The position numbers and the translations under genes were made by a program. A stretch of DNA of 63,842 bases, the filler included, from Sphacelaria rigidula (taxonomy: Eukaryota): the NCBI GenBank assembly GCA_964200075.2. It is 6 parts of 6 records of this genome, joined end to end, with 100 filler letters (N's around TTAATTAATTAA, not from the genome) between each part and the next. Parts side by side here need not be neighbours in the genome. Positions count along the whole stretch, not along the records: positions 21,318 to 31,874 come from CAXNAA020006279.1; positions 31,975 to 42,530 come from CAXNAA020006280.1; 4 more parts are not named here. One strand, given 5' to 3'. This document shows positions 24,570-37,296 of the stretch, piece after piece; positions within the stretch are counted from its first letter, which is position 1; each line of letters begins with the position of its first letter. A model generated the notes under the pieces. The model was not told the origin of the DNA. It was given only the letters and a program-made list of their open reading frames with translations, and made no database searches.

Positions 24570-27500
24570 ATGGGGGAGCCATTAACAAATGCTGCTGCGG
24601 CGGACGCAGTGGACAAGCTCGTCAAGGCTGTTGGCGGAAAGTTCAACGGGATGGACTTCGATGTCTGGTCCCGCACAGCACAGTCCGTGATCAGCATGCG
24701 ACATTCGGGCATTGCAGACATCCTAGGTGGCAGACCATGTCCACCGACCATTTACAAGAATACCAAGGGCAAAGCTGGCAAGCAGAAGAAACAAGCAACC
24801 TCAAGCATCGAAGATGAAGAAGAGGATTAAGACAAGGATGCAGCAGAAGACTCAGCACTGCATCCCGAGCAACAGCAGCAGCTCGCACCAGATGAGCCGA
24901 CTTCAACAAGCGGCGAGACTCCTACTTCTGAATGTGGGAGATGGATGACAACGTCCAGAACGTCGAGGACATCCGGGAGTGGCACATGGTCAACAAGATC
25001 CTGTTCGACTTCCTGCTCTTGAGTACGGCAGGACCGGCAGCAAGCTTCTCCTAAAGTACAAGCCTAGACCAGGCATTTTGCCGAACGGCATCGCCGCTTG
25101 GAATGGTCTGGTGGGAAAATACAAGAAGCCTTCACGCCAGCGGCGTCGAATTATGACCAAAAGGCTGTCTAACATGAGAATGCAGCAAGGTCAAGACCCG
25201 GACGTCTTCTGCAACGAGCTATTTGCGTTGCGAGATGAACTGGCAGAGATGGGTCGAGTGATTACGGGCGACGAGGTACTGGACATCATCCTGGATGGGC
25301 TGACGGACGAGTACGCCCAGATTCAACTGCTTGCGGAATCGCAAGACACTTTCAATCTTGAAGACGCCATGTTCACCATGAGGAACATGTTCGCAAACCG
25401 TGTCGCAGAAAACGGGCTTTCGCGTGCAGCGAAGGGTCGCACCTCGGCGATGACCGCCACAACGGCAAAATACTGCAACTACTGCAAAAAGCCTGGTCAT
25501 GACATCAATAACTATGTTAAGCGAAACAACAAGAAGAGCACAAGAAACAACGGAGGGGGAAGAAGTAACTGGTGGTGCTCCTTGCACAAAACCAGTCTTC
25601 ACGACAATTCGACCTGCAAGGCGCAATAACACTAGGGCAACGATCCTGACGATCAGCGGCAGCAAGGACAATCCCGCTTCAGCGACAGCGGACAAGGACG
25701 CTTCAGCGACAGCGGACAAGGACGCTCAACAGCAACAGTAGACAAGGAGGCGTGAACAACAACAGCGGACAAGGTGGTAACAACAACAACAACACCAACG
25801 CGGCAGCACACACAGTAGCAGCGACACCGGGGTCTACAACTGTGGTGGGACACTACAACACAGCCGGATAATCTACTCCAACTTCCGCGACTGCCGCCAC
25901 TCAACAGGCTTCAGATCCATCGCCTTCAGACCCTTCATCTTCTGCCGGAATGGGTTACTCCTTCGTCGTCACCAGCAGCCTGAACACCGCCGCTGCTCCT
26001 TCGCGCTTCACCATGACTGTCGGCACCGGCGCCAGCAACCATTTCGTCGACCCTGACTTGCTTCCAAATCTTCAGCACCGGATGATCGAGCACCAGAAGT
26101 ACGACCCGCCGATTGTCATCAACGTCGCCGGCAAGGGAAAAATCCACGGCACCGGCAGAGGAAAAATGAAGGTCGTCACACGGGACCAAACCGGGGCCGA
26201 GCACAAGGTCCTGCTGCCCTTCACCATAGCACCAGGGCTGGGTCGTCCCCTGTTCTCGGGAGGAACAGCAGTGCAAAGAGGGGTGTCATTGGTTTTTGAT
26301 GATTTCTCTTTCATTAGAATGGGAAACTTCAAGCTGCTTCTTCGACAAGACAGCTCCTGCACTACCATGTACTACTTGGATCCGGCTATTGAACCGGACA
26401 GCATCTGCACTCAACACGGTTTTATAACCATCTCCGGCGCCAATCTGCCACCTGAAAGAGCGAATATAGCATTCAGTACCTCTTTGATCCAGGACACGGA
26501 AAAGGAAACAGCATGTGCCACCTCAACGGCTACATCGATGGCCAACACGTGGCATCAGCGACTCGGACATTCCAATGCCCAAGTGCTACTACAAGTCGGG
26601 CGGATAAAAGAGAGCGGGGTCGCGTTTTCGACTCCTTTTCAGCGTGCGGGACGTGCAAGACAAACAAAAGCACACGGTGGAATCATCCCAAGACCAGGAG
26701 CACAGGCGCCACGCAACGACTTCAACTCGTCAGCACGGACCTTCCAGGGCCCGTCACTCCAACTGCGATCGGTGGCTACCAGTACATGGCCAAGTTTACC
26801 GATCATTACTCCAGGCTCAAGGCCGTCTACTTCCTCGAAAGGAAAAGTGACGCCCTTTCTTCTCTGGTACAGTTCGTTCAAGACCTCGCCATTCCACTCG
26901 GTCTACGGGTACAACGTCTACATTCGGACAACGGCGGGGAATATGTCAGCACTGCGTTCCGCGACTACTGCAAAACTACGGGGATCATGTAGCAGTTCAG
27001 CTCCCCGCACACGCCGCAACGAAGCGGCATATCGGAGCGCGACGGGCGGACCATCATGGACATGACCCGCTGCCTCCTGAACGAAGCAGGTCTGCCTAAG
27101 GACCTATTGGGGGAGGTTGCGGCAACTGCGGTATTCCTAATAAACCGCCTACCGCACAAGGCTCTACAAGGGGACACGCCCTACCATCGGGTGTTCGGAA
27201 AGCAGGCAAAACTTTCCTTTCTTCGGATCATCGGCTCCAGGGCCTTCGTCCACGTCGAAGGTCATGCCACCAAGCTGCAGCCAAAAGCGTGGGAAGGTGT
27301 TTTATTTGGCTACAACGACGACAGCCCAACCTTTTGTATCTACGATCGGGCTACGGGACGCATTACAACCTCCCGGAATGTCACCTTTATTGAGCCGGTT
27401 CCGGAACCCCTGAGCTGTACCAATCTTCCGGATAGTAAAGAAGAAGAATCATCGGTCGACACGGCAGATCTGGAGCAAATCCACGACGGAATTACATTGC

Positions 27501-29320
27501 TGGATTTCAACAAGGACAACGACGAAGGTCACGATATCAACAACCGACAGGAACAGCGCTTCAAGGAACCACTGGGTTTTACACGACGACTGCGTTCATC
27601 CGGATCCGTTGATCCTTTCCAAACAGAGATGAATAATCCATCACAGGCTCGGGTGCTACGACAACTCAACTTCGCGCAGGAGGATTCATCTCAAGCGATG
27701 CCGGACTCAGTGATCTCGTACATCGGAGCAGTGGGCATCGATCAAGTTCTTCCTCCTGCAGCAATCTAAGTGCCCAACACCTACAAGCAGGCCATGGACT
27801 CACCCCACGCAGCGGAATGGGAAAATACCATGGAGAAAGAAATGAACAGCCTGGCCGACCACGAGGTGGCGGATCTCGTCCCGTTCGACTCCGTACCCGC
27901 CAGTTGCTCCATCATCGGCACGCGCTGGGTTTATCGGATCAAAACGGATGGGCGATTCAAGGCAAGAGTCGTCGTTCAGGGCTGGGCGCAACAGCACGGC
28001 ATAGACTATTTCACCATACTTGCACCGGTGTGCAGGATTGGAAGCCAAGTACTTTTATTGGCGATAGTGGCTGCCTAGAACTGGCCGGTCATCGCCATGG
28101 ACGTGCAGACAGCGTCCCTAAACGGTACTCTCTCCGAAGTGGTGTACACTTTTCAGGCGCCAGGATTCGAAAAGTTCGACAGCACCACTAGCAAGCAGCT
28201 GGTTTGGCGTCTGCCCAAGAGCTTGTACGGGCTGCGTCAATCTGTGAGCGTTTGGAACTCAACAGCCGACAAGGATCTGCGCACGAAAGGGTTCACACCT
28301 ACAGCATCTGACCCCTGTGTCTACACCAAGGGCAGTGGAGGCACCTACGGCATGCTGACACTCTTCATCGACGACATTCTTCTCACAGGCCCTGCTACCG
28401 ACGTGCTGCATCAAGTGCATCAGTAACTTCAGCAATCATTCAAGATGACTGATCTTGGTCATGCGACTCAGATTCTCGTCATCGACATTTATCAAGACCT
28501 GGAGAACGGCACAATAAGCCTCAGCCAGGAGAAATACACCATATCTGTGCTCAAGCGTTATGGCATGGATACGTGCAATCCCTCGCACACTCCAAGGACA
28601 GAAGCTGAGCTCAACAACGCAATTGGTGAATCTGCACTTCTTTCCGCAAGTGAGAAAAAGGACTACCAGAGCCTGGTGGGAAGCCTCATCTTCCTGGCGA
28701 ATTGCGCAACATTTGACATCGCGCATGCCGTCATGCAGGTAGCACGGCACATGTCAAGTCCGACCACTGCGAGCGCAGCTAGCGCTAAAAGGATTCTTCG
28801 GTACCTCAAGCGCAACCCAGGTCTCGTCATTACCTACAGGCGCGCCAGCGACTTCAGCATTACCTGCTACAGCGACGCCTCCTACGCATCTGGACCATCA
28901 AGCAAATCCATCACCGGATCAATGGTTTTTCTGAGCGGAGGGCCCATTCACTTCGGCAGTCAAGTTCAGCGCATAACCGCGCAACCGACATCGGAGGCGG
29001 AGTTCATCGCAATGAACAGCACCGCCAAGCACAGGCTCTACTTCTCTTCTATGCTGGGGGAGCTAGGATGGTCACGGCAACGCACCTTCGCCCTGTATGC
29101 GGACAACCGGAGCTCCATGACCCTAGCTTCGAAGGCGAACTTCAGCCAGAGGTCGCGGCACATCGCCGTCCGCTTCGCCGCACTCCGCGAATAGATCCGT
29201 CAAGGCATCATCAAGCTAAACTTTATTCCAGCCAGCCACATGTTGGCCGACCTTTGCACCAAGTGCTGCATCCGCGAGGTACAAGACAGCCTCATGCGGC
29301 AAATCCTTCAGTTCAAGTGA
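24570..29320 (+). pseudogene. Copia gag-pol with several stops and frameshifts
   Basis: Gag from ATG 24570 with knuckle CNYCKKPGH. PR VGTGASNH (catalytic D lost). IN WHQRLGH, CGTC, STDLPGP, SDNGGEY. RT GTRWVYRIK, KSLYGLRQS, FIDD. RH YSDASYA, SEAEF, ADNRS, ADLCTK. Ends at TGA 29318-29320. Confidence 0.93.
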
Positions 29321-29894
29321 CGACGCCAAAACTCAAGGATCGGGATCCTCACCATCGCCATGGGATAGTCCGGGCGAAATCTTCTGTACATCTGGTCATC
29401 GACATGTTCTCCTGCAACGAGCTGTAGGGGGAGGAATAATTTCCGCCAAGAGCGACTCTACGCGTCGTCCGCAGCGAGAAATATCTTCTTCTGCCAGAAG
29501 CAGAGCAGCAGACAGCAGTACATCACTGCAACTCGTTTTTCTTGTGTTTCTTGCGCATATTCGTATAGCACCCACGGGCAAATCTTCAAGTATGATCGTA
29601 AAAGCAGTAGCTTATAGCGTATGCTCCGGAGTAGCAACCTCAGAAGATTTGTGCCTACTCTCTGCATTTTCTGAGTAGTTTGAATATCTAGGCTAAAATT
29701 GTTGACTTCTTGTAGACAGCATTCTTGCGTTCTTTTCATTTGCTGCATCTACCGTACATGCTACAGAAGGAAGCGTGAGAGATCTTTGTTCGATCTCTGT
29801 TGGTCGCAAGTGGGAGTAAAATATTTTGCGTAAGTGTTTTTTGCATCAAGATACTCCTCCTTTGGATTACTTTCCTTTGAGATGACTTTCCATT

Positions 29895-29903
29895 GAGGGG
29901 GAG
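29895..29903 (+). promoter_or_regulatory. Polypurine tract
   Basis: GAGGGGGAG lies immediately before the TG of the second LTR. Confidence 0.85.
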
Positions 29904-30353
29904 TGTTGGAATATTCAATGTCAGTCATCGGTAACGACTACTATCTATCGTAGGCTATCGTAAACAAGTAAGAAATCATTTGAGTGTTCCAGAAATAGTC
30001 TGCGGTATATTCTGCGGTACGTTATGTTTCCAGAACAAGTTGTCGGGGGATTAATCGGGAGTTATCGGTTGTAATATCCCGCGAATGTTCTAGACGTGTG
30101 GAAGTTCTGTAAGTTCATCAGCTGATCGGTAGGCTCGCACACTTGGTGCTCGCCCACCTGATCACTCCTCTACTACTTCTCTTCTCATACTCTTCTCTTC
30201 CATGAGTTAGAGTCTTCGGCCACGTAAGCGCCAAGTTCAACATCTCTATTCTCAAGTCAAGTGACTTAACCGTCACTCTCTGCACCTCTGCATAAACTGC
30301 AGGAGACAGTTGTCACATCGGCACACCCTCAAGAGTGAAGCCATATTCCTTCA
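29904..30353 (+). repeat. Copia shared (middle) LTR, 450 bp
   Basis: Preceded by the PPT and followed by a PBS (CGTTATGAGCC) and a second leader and gag. Confidence 0.92.
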
Positions 30354-31874
30354 CGTTATGAGCCTCGAGCTTCATCAATAAGCAGAGCAAGGAGTCACAG
30401 CGTCGTCAGCGATCAACACGTTCTCAAGAGGATCGGAACCGCTCGTCCAAGCAGAAGACGGATATCACACCAACGGGAACTCCAAGTCCTTTCCCATCAA
30501 TCAAATTCAAGTTCTGTGGAGGTCCATCAAAATCAGGCGCGTCGGCATCATCCACGTCGCCAAGACATCACTACAGCAGTTCAACGGAGTCAGCTCAAGA
30601 CTATCTCTCCACGCTCATCTCACTAGTGAGCATCTTCGGTCATCAACGAGATCGACAATCGACCGCATCGCATCGGCAAGTTCCGAGCTATTCCTCCGCA
30701 TTTTTGTTGCGTGAGAGTTTTTTCGAGAAATGAGAGATACGTCGTCATCAGCAACGACACTCAGCTACGTCGTCTTCAGCTACGGCATCATCAGTTCGGC
30801 AGGTTCTTCTAGCCAAGAGGCAAGGACTTCGGATCCATCAAGCCTATCAACTGGCATTCGCAGCCAACACCCGTAGGTAACTCACACCTGGGTGCATCAT
30901 CATCTTATGTTGAGAGACTGTCACTTTCTCTTGGAATGTTTCAACGTCATCGTACGACAGCTGTACGAGTACACGTCATTTACACGGACGGCAACAGCAA
31001 CAGCAACAACAACAGTAACAGGATCATCGCAGCATGGGGGAGCCATTGACAAATGCTGCTTCGGCGGACGCAGTGGACAAGCTCGTCAAGGCTGTTGGCG
31101 GAAAGTTCAACGGGACGGACTTCGATGTCTGGTCCCGCACAGCACAGTCCGTGATCAGCATGCGACATTCAGGCATTGCAGTCATCCTGGACGGCAGACC
31201 ATGTCTGCCGACCATTTACAAGAAGACCAAGGGCAAAGCTGGCAAGCGCAAGAAACAAGCATCCTCAAGCATCAAAGATGAAGAAGAGGATGAAGACAAG
31301 GATGCAGCAGAAGACTCAGCACTGCATCCCGAGCAACAGCAGCAGCTTGCACCAGATGAGCCGACTTCAACAAGCGGTGAGACTCCTACTTAAGTGTTGT
31401 GGGAGATGGATGACAGCATCCAGGACGTCGAGGACATCCGGGAGTGGCACACGGCCAACACGATCCTGTTCCACTTCCTGTTCTTGAGTACGGCAGGACC
31501 GGCAGCAAGCTTTCTCCTAAAGTACAAACCTAGACCAGGCATTTTGTCAAACGGCATCGCCGCTTGGAATGATCTGGTGGGAAAAATACAAGAACCCTTC
31601 ACGCCAGCGGCGTCGAGTTATGGCAAAAAGGCTGTCTAACATGAGAATGCAGCAAGGTCGAGACCCGGACGTCTTCTCCAACGAGCTATTTTCGTTGCGA
31701 GATGAGCTGGCGGAGATGGGTCGAGTGATCACGGACGACGAGATACTGGACATCATCCTGGATGGGCTGACGGACGAGTACGCCCAGATTCAACTGCTTG
31801 CGGAATCGCAAGACACTTTCAATCTTGAAGACGCCATGTTCACCATGAGGAACATGTTCGCAAACCGTGTCGCA
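30354..31874 (+). mobile_element. Second tandem copia internal region (leader plus gag from ATG 31034), cut by contig end
   Basis: Closely matches 23884-25407 but carries different inactivating lesions (TAA at 31391-31393). Confidence 0.92.
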
Positions 31875-31974
31875 NNNNNNNNNNNNNNNNNNNNNNNNNN
31901 NNNNNNNNNNNNNNNNNNTTAATTAATTAANNNNNNNNNNNNNNNNNNNNNNNNNNNNNNNNNNNNNNNNNNNN
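31875..31974. other. Artificial contig linker
   Basis: N44-TTAATTAATTAA-N44. Confidence 0.98.
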
Positions 31975-32135
31975 CACCGAAGAAGGAAGGTGGGGTATTA
32001 AAAAAAAAGAAAAAAGAAAAAACTCCCGTGTTGACCTTCCTCCTATGTGGCCCCGGCTGATGCGACCACATATACCGAAAGGTGTAGACTTGTGCCCAGA
32101 ACAGATGGGATGACAACAGACACAAAACACTGTAC
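31975..32135 (+). mobile_element. 3' part of the SINE family at 34512-34865
   Basis: CCCCGGCTGATGCG...ACCGAAA.GTGTAGAC...AGATG.GA.GACAACA. Confidence 0.7.
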
Positions 32136-34511
32136 AGGGTGTGGAATTTTCTCGTGCAGTATTCGTCCTTGGGGCTTTAAAGTCGTAGGGTCGATAGATA
32201 TTGGGAAGAGAAGCAGCTCGTGCGCAGAACACAGTCCTCAATTGATGTTTCCGGGATGATAGGGAGTAAATTCCTTGTTCATCAGGGGGTGTTATCGACC
32301 GTCACTGGTCCAAAAAGCTCATTTAAGGTACAAATTCGAAGAATCAATTATCTTTATTTTTTTGTAAAAACGGTTGTAATGGCTTCAATCGAGCAGAAGT
32401 ATTCAGGGGTCAGAACCTGGGGCAGGATACTCTGAGGACTCCCGATTCCTGGTCACTCTGTAAATTGTTCAATAATAAGCACAGTTGGGCTTTTTTCCGA
32501 ATGCAGAGGGACTATTAGATGCCTGCCGATCACCAAAGTTGAGGACCAAATGTTTCACGGTTAGGACGAATCAGACTTCATACGAGTCGACTCCTCATGA
32601 TGCGAAAGCAGTTATGCTGCAAAGAATGTTGGCCCCGCTGAGTCGAGGGTGGATAACACATATGCAGCGCAGCCATCATGCGCGCACTACAGCTGTGAGA
32701 AAATTACGCGTGGTTCAGGGCCCATCGGAAGTCAACATTCAACCTGTACAGCATGTTGGTCCCGCAATAGCCCGAAGGTGGGAAGAATATACGGGCGCTC
32801 ACCTCGAACGACTTGGTCAAGCAGATGGTACATAACGTTACCGACTCATGATGGTAAGAAGTGCGTGGCATGTACAATCGATGCATTCAAATTTGCAGTG
32901 CAGGGTTGACTATGCGCCCATTATTTACCCCGATATTCATGGAAGGTAGTAAGCGGATACCTTTGGGTTATACTGCACGACACACGACCTGAGAAACTGT
33001 ACACAAGACAAATTATGTCCGAATAGTATGAGTCATTTGTTGAAATGATGAATATGAGATCAATGACGAGTTTAGTCATCCTAACCGTGAAATGTTTTCT
33101 GGGATGCGTGGTGGCACGTGGAAACACACTGTAGTATTCCCGATTACGAAAAATCTACGAGAGGGTGTTATTTCAGATGTAAACTACTGTAATCATGTAA
33201 GCGTGGAAAGGGGGTTGAATGAATCACGACTTGGTCAGCCGTCACGTGTGCGCATCCCCAGATGCAACAAATAAAAACAAAAGCAAAAAAATAAAAGGAT
33301 GCGTTCACCAAAGCATTAATGTACCAAGGAATACAGACAACAACACCAACTGGAACCGAATATAGCAAACACCATTCGCCACGACATCGACGTTGACTGG
33401 CTCACCACCCCACACCGAAAGCGGCATCAGACTCTTGTACTATCACACAATACCACGTCCTGTAATTTTATATGGTCTCTAAACTGAGCCGGACGCCCTA
33501 GACGCAGTTTACTCAAAAGCGGACGAAGGCTATCGCGCTTAAAACATATTTTCCTGGGATTGAGGGTAGAGCGTTGATTGAGAGTGGATTTTGTCACTCG
33601 CTTCAACTCGATCAATTCGTCATTCTCGGTGTGCTTTTGCTTGCCTGCAACACTGGCGTGTGCTTACAGGTACACGTCGATATCCTACTCAGGGATATCA
33701 TAGGCTTCCGTGGCAAGCTACTCCAGGAACCGTGTCGCGCCTCGTGGAGGGGCACTTGGGCATTGAAACGATTCATTTATGAGTTTACCGCTTCTCACTC
33801 TCGATCGTACCCTCTCCTCTCCATCACGTCGCCAGCTATTTCCCCTTGCACGTTGGCAGTTTACTTCACGCATTTGTTCTCCTTTTCACTCGATACTTCA
33901 TTACTCTTTGCTGAGATCTGTGGTCAGAAACGAGGACAAAACACGCGCACACACTATTTTTTAACAACCGCTTCCGAATACGCTCCTTCTGAGTCAAAAA
34001 CATCCGTCTGAAAAACGTGTATCCGATGATATATTCAGATGTTGCTCGAGCCGTTTCTATGGGACCTTCCAGAGCGAGAAAACGTCTCCGAACGGGGATG
34101 GTCCCCAATAGATGCTTCTCGCCCCCATTTCGTTGAGGAAAACGCCTGTTATCGGAGAAATAAAATTTTACGACCCAGGGGATCACAAAAACGCCCACAT
34201 CAAGCATGGTGCGGCCAGCTGTGCGGACGGTACACACATGAAGATACGGCGGCTCACGTCGAGAACAGACAGCACAGTGTATGATGCAGCAACGGTACAT
34301 TGCAGCCCGTGCGGCTGTGTAACTGCACATCCAGTACCCACAGGTGTTACCCATAATTGTTCATTATGTGCATGCGGCACAATGACAGCAGCATACCGCA
34401 GGGTACGTGCAGTGCTGCCGTGCAGATGGGGCAGTGCAGTACATAGCTATGAACAACGGACAGTAGAGTGGCTGCTGTTACGCACACCAAGTTATCATTT
34501 TGAAGTATCAC

Positions 34512-34865
34512 GATGGTGGCTCAGTTGGTCACTTCGAAAACTTTTGACGGTTGGGTCGTGGGTTCGAATCTCGGAGCGATCTTGGATTTTTTCTCACACC
34601 ATGCCCAACGGTGGAGAGCGACTATGTCGTGGGTACACCAAATTCGACCCAACGGTCGACGAGGGAAAGGGACTGCTGAACCTCTGTCGGGATAAAAGAT
34701 GAAGGAGAGCACCGCAGAATGGAGGTGGAGTGCTGAAAACAAACAAACAAAAAACTCTAATGTTGACGTTCCTCCTGTGTGACCCCGGCTGATGCGCCCA
34801 CGTGTACCGAAATGTGTAGACCGGCGTCCAGAATAGATGAGACGACAACACAACAACAACACACG
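34512..34865 (+). mobile_element. tRNA-derived SINE, near full length
   Basis: A box TGGCTCAGTTGG (34517-34528), B box GGTTCGAATC (34561-34570) and a (CAA)n tail. The 3' part is repeated twice elsewhere in the window. Confidence 0.75.
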
Positions 34866-36423
34866 GTACGCCTCAAGTTGTTTTCGGAGGTATACAAAAC
34901 GGTTTTGAAAACTGCTGTTCCTGGAATACTGTCACTGGCCAACCTTTTTGCTTGGCCGTCGCACTAAAGGGAGCGGCCTCAATAACAAACGCCTTGAAGA
35001 AAACATATATGATTATCGAAATCGAGCCATTAGCACATTTGGCCACACAAACTACAATTGCCGCGGAGTTTCTTTGGCGACTTCATCGTGGGGCACCGTG
35101 TTTTGACAATATCTGCACTGTATGGTATGTGTCGTTCACGGCACAGTATTGCGTGGTGCGCAAAATAGTTTTGACGATACGGCACGATACGGCGTGTCAC
35201 GACAACGGAGGTTCGTGATACGATTTAAATCACTAACGGGGCGTACGAATTTCGGTTTCCGCGGTATGGTGATCGTGTGACTATAGATTTGCATATTTGT
35301 GCGCAGACCACAAAAACGTTTATTATGCTGCGAACATATTCCGGGCAAAGAAAGCTCCGCTTGATTTGTATTATCTTGCGTGAACTTTCACTTCAAGGCT
35401 CACTTCAGCCATCGGCCATGTACGTTTGGCACCTTTGTTCATGTGTCGCGAAATCTATTATGACGGTTTGTGCCGTTAGTGTCCTTACGTCGGTGTTTGC
35501 GTGTTTCTACAGATGTTTCTGGAGGTCCGTCTTCACGCGCACATTTGTTCTCAACGTGTTGTTGACGTTCATTCCCCCTTTCTCAACGTTACAGCTTCCG
35601 TGTGCGTCAAAGCATTATGGTGTGATGTCGGTTCGTACTCGCGAATTGATCTGATGATCGCTTCGTTCTCGATGTCTTACGACACGCCTTGTTCTTCAGC
35701 ACACCCGTTTCGTCTCACTCTATAGGAGTCTCAACAACGGCCAAATACTGTTGAATTCTTGTTTTTCTTGTAACGGATTACATCTACCACGGCGTTGTTT
35801 TGCACTGGCAACTCTGCACACTTGTCTTCGAGACACGTTTCATTGCCCTGAGCGTCACTCCAGCTGTACCCCAGATTTGGGGGGCACCGATAGCGTGCAT
35901 TTTCCGGATGCGTGGTACCTACGAAACTCCGCTTCTTAACAATTACGGTAGCTATGGCATTGTCATCAATAGCGACGATACCACGGGCAGGTCGTTCGTG
36001 CCTTGCGTATGCACACGAAAAACCTGTCCCTCCCAGAGCAGCGTGAGTGCCAATTACACCAAGCCCTGTGCTTTTAGACTGCATCACGCGGAAATTGGAC
36101 GCACGGACCACGGCTCTTCGAGTCCCTGGACATCCACACCTCCGAACGTTCACTGTATGGCCCGTGGAGAACCCCTGTCTAGTCTTACGCCAGTGGCTTG
36201 TGCCGCAGGATACCGGTTGGTGAGAGTGTGTGCAAGAGTGCTTGTTGCTATGTCGAGGTGACGCATTGGAGTATTTCCAAGCCCAACGATCCGCGAGCTC
36301 CTTTGCGTTCATCCCACCCGGTGAATGCGTTGCCAAAGTTGGGCTTGGAGCATAAACGGAGCAACACAATTTTCTGAGAGGGATGCATTTCCACGACTCC
36401 TTGTTCGAATGTCTGTCTTGATT

Positions 36424-36495
36424 CAGCAGGTGGTGACGGGGACGATTGATGTAGGCACAGCAGGTGGTGACAGGGACGATTGATGTAGGCACAGC
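36424..36495. repeat. 34-bp tandem duplication
   Basis: CAGCAGGTGGTGACRGGGACGATTGATGTAGGCA, two copies. Confidence 0.9.
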
Positions 36496-37296
36496 TGGCT
36501 ATCATCATGCCCCCTGGCTAGTGCCGTATAGCGTGTGCATTCGCATGCACAATCGCCCTATCAGTGGCCGCCGCCGCCATACCTACCTAGCGTAGAGCAT
36601 CCTTTGGGTACCCACACAGAATAAGGTGGTATCTCACAACAGCGAATGGCAGTGCACTGGAAACGTCATGGATCGACAGGTGCTACCCACCTCAACATTA
36701 CCATCCGCCTGGCGTAGGCTTTCGGTATCAATCGTTTATTTGTTAAGGAACATCACGCACCTGAACGGATGGTTCATCCACCCTGTGACCCCAACTTGAG
36801 GTGCATAAAACAGAATGATCGCATGCCCGTCGTGTGTTACGCAATTCGGATGGATAGAGACACCATGCTAGCGACCTCGACCCTGTAGATTTCTCTGCAT
36901 CTTTGTACTACGGCACCCCTTGGTTCGCTTAAGCCGTGCCGCCACACTGCGGAAATGCGTATAGAGACTATGATTCTCGTTGAAAGCCCCCCCCCCCCCC
37001 TCCCCCTGTAATGACCCTGCTGCAGCAGCTCTCTCTCTGTCGCCTGCTAACTCCACGGCTGATATGTCAGTTCACCCTGGCCCACTTGCCCGTATGCGAC
37101 CGAGATAGAATGATGAGGTTCACCTATCTTTCACATGGGCACGGCCTAAGGTTACCTTCGCTGGTTGGTTGATGCAGGGTGCTGCTGGACTGGTCAAGTG
37201 GTCTTCGTGAAGGGGTTTGTAACAGTGCGGATCGCAGCAGCAGAAGCACCAGCGGGACCGCGGCTTTGTACCTTCTCTCGTGCAGTCGTGAAGGAG

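Larger units (their letters stand above)
23439..30353 (+). mobile_element. Ty1/copia LTR retrotransposon, full length but degenerate
   Basis: Two LTRs (TG...CA), a PBS, a PPT and gag-PR-IN-RT-RH domain order. Confidence 0.95.

Noticed and set aside
34512-34580. Functional tRNA genes here and at ~3000-3067 and ~22308-22375
   Set aside because: A and B boxes are present but no complete cloverleaf forms. Two of the three continue into bodies repeated in this window, so they are treated as SINE heads.
35731-36492. 253-aa ORF and other short ORFs in contigs 1, 4 and 5
   Set aside because: No recognisable motifs or supported splice structure; consistent with chance ORFs.
37165-37296. N-terminal extension of the 883-aa ORF from a TTG start
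   Set aside because: Non-ATG start in a eukaryote. The region contains a pyrimidine tract and CAG acceptor, so it is probably intron or UTR.
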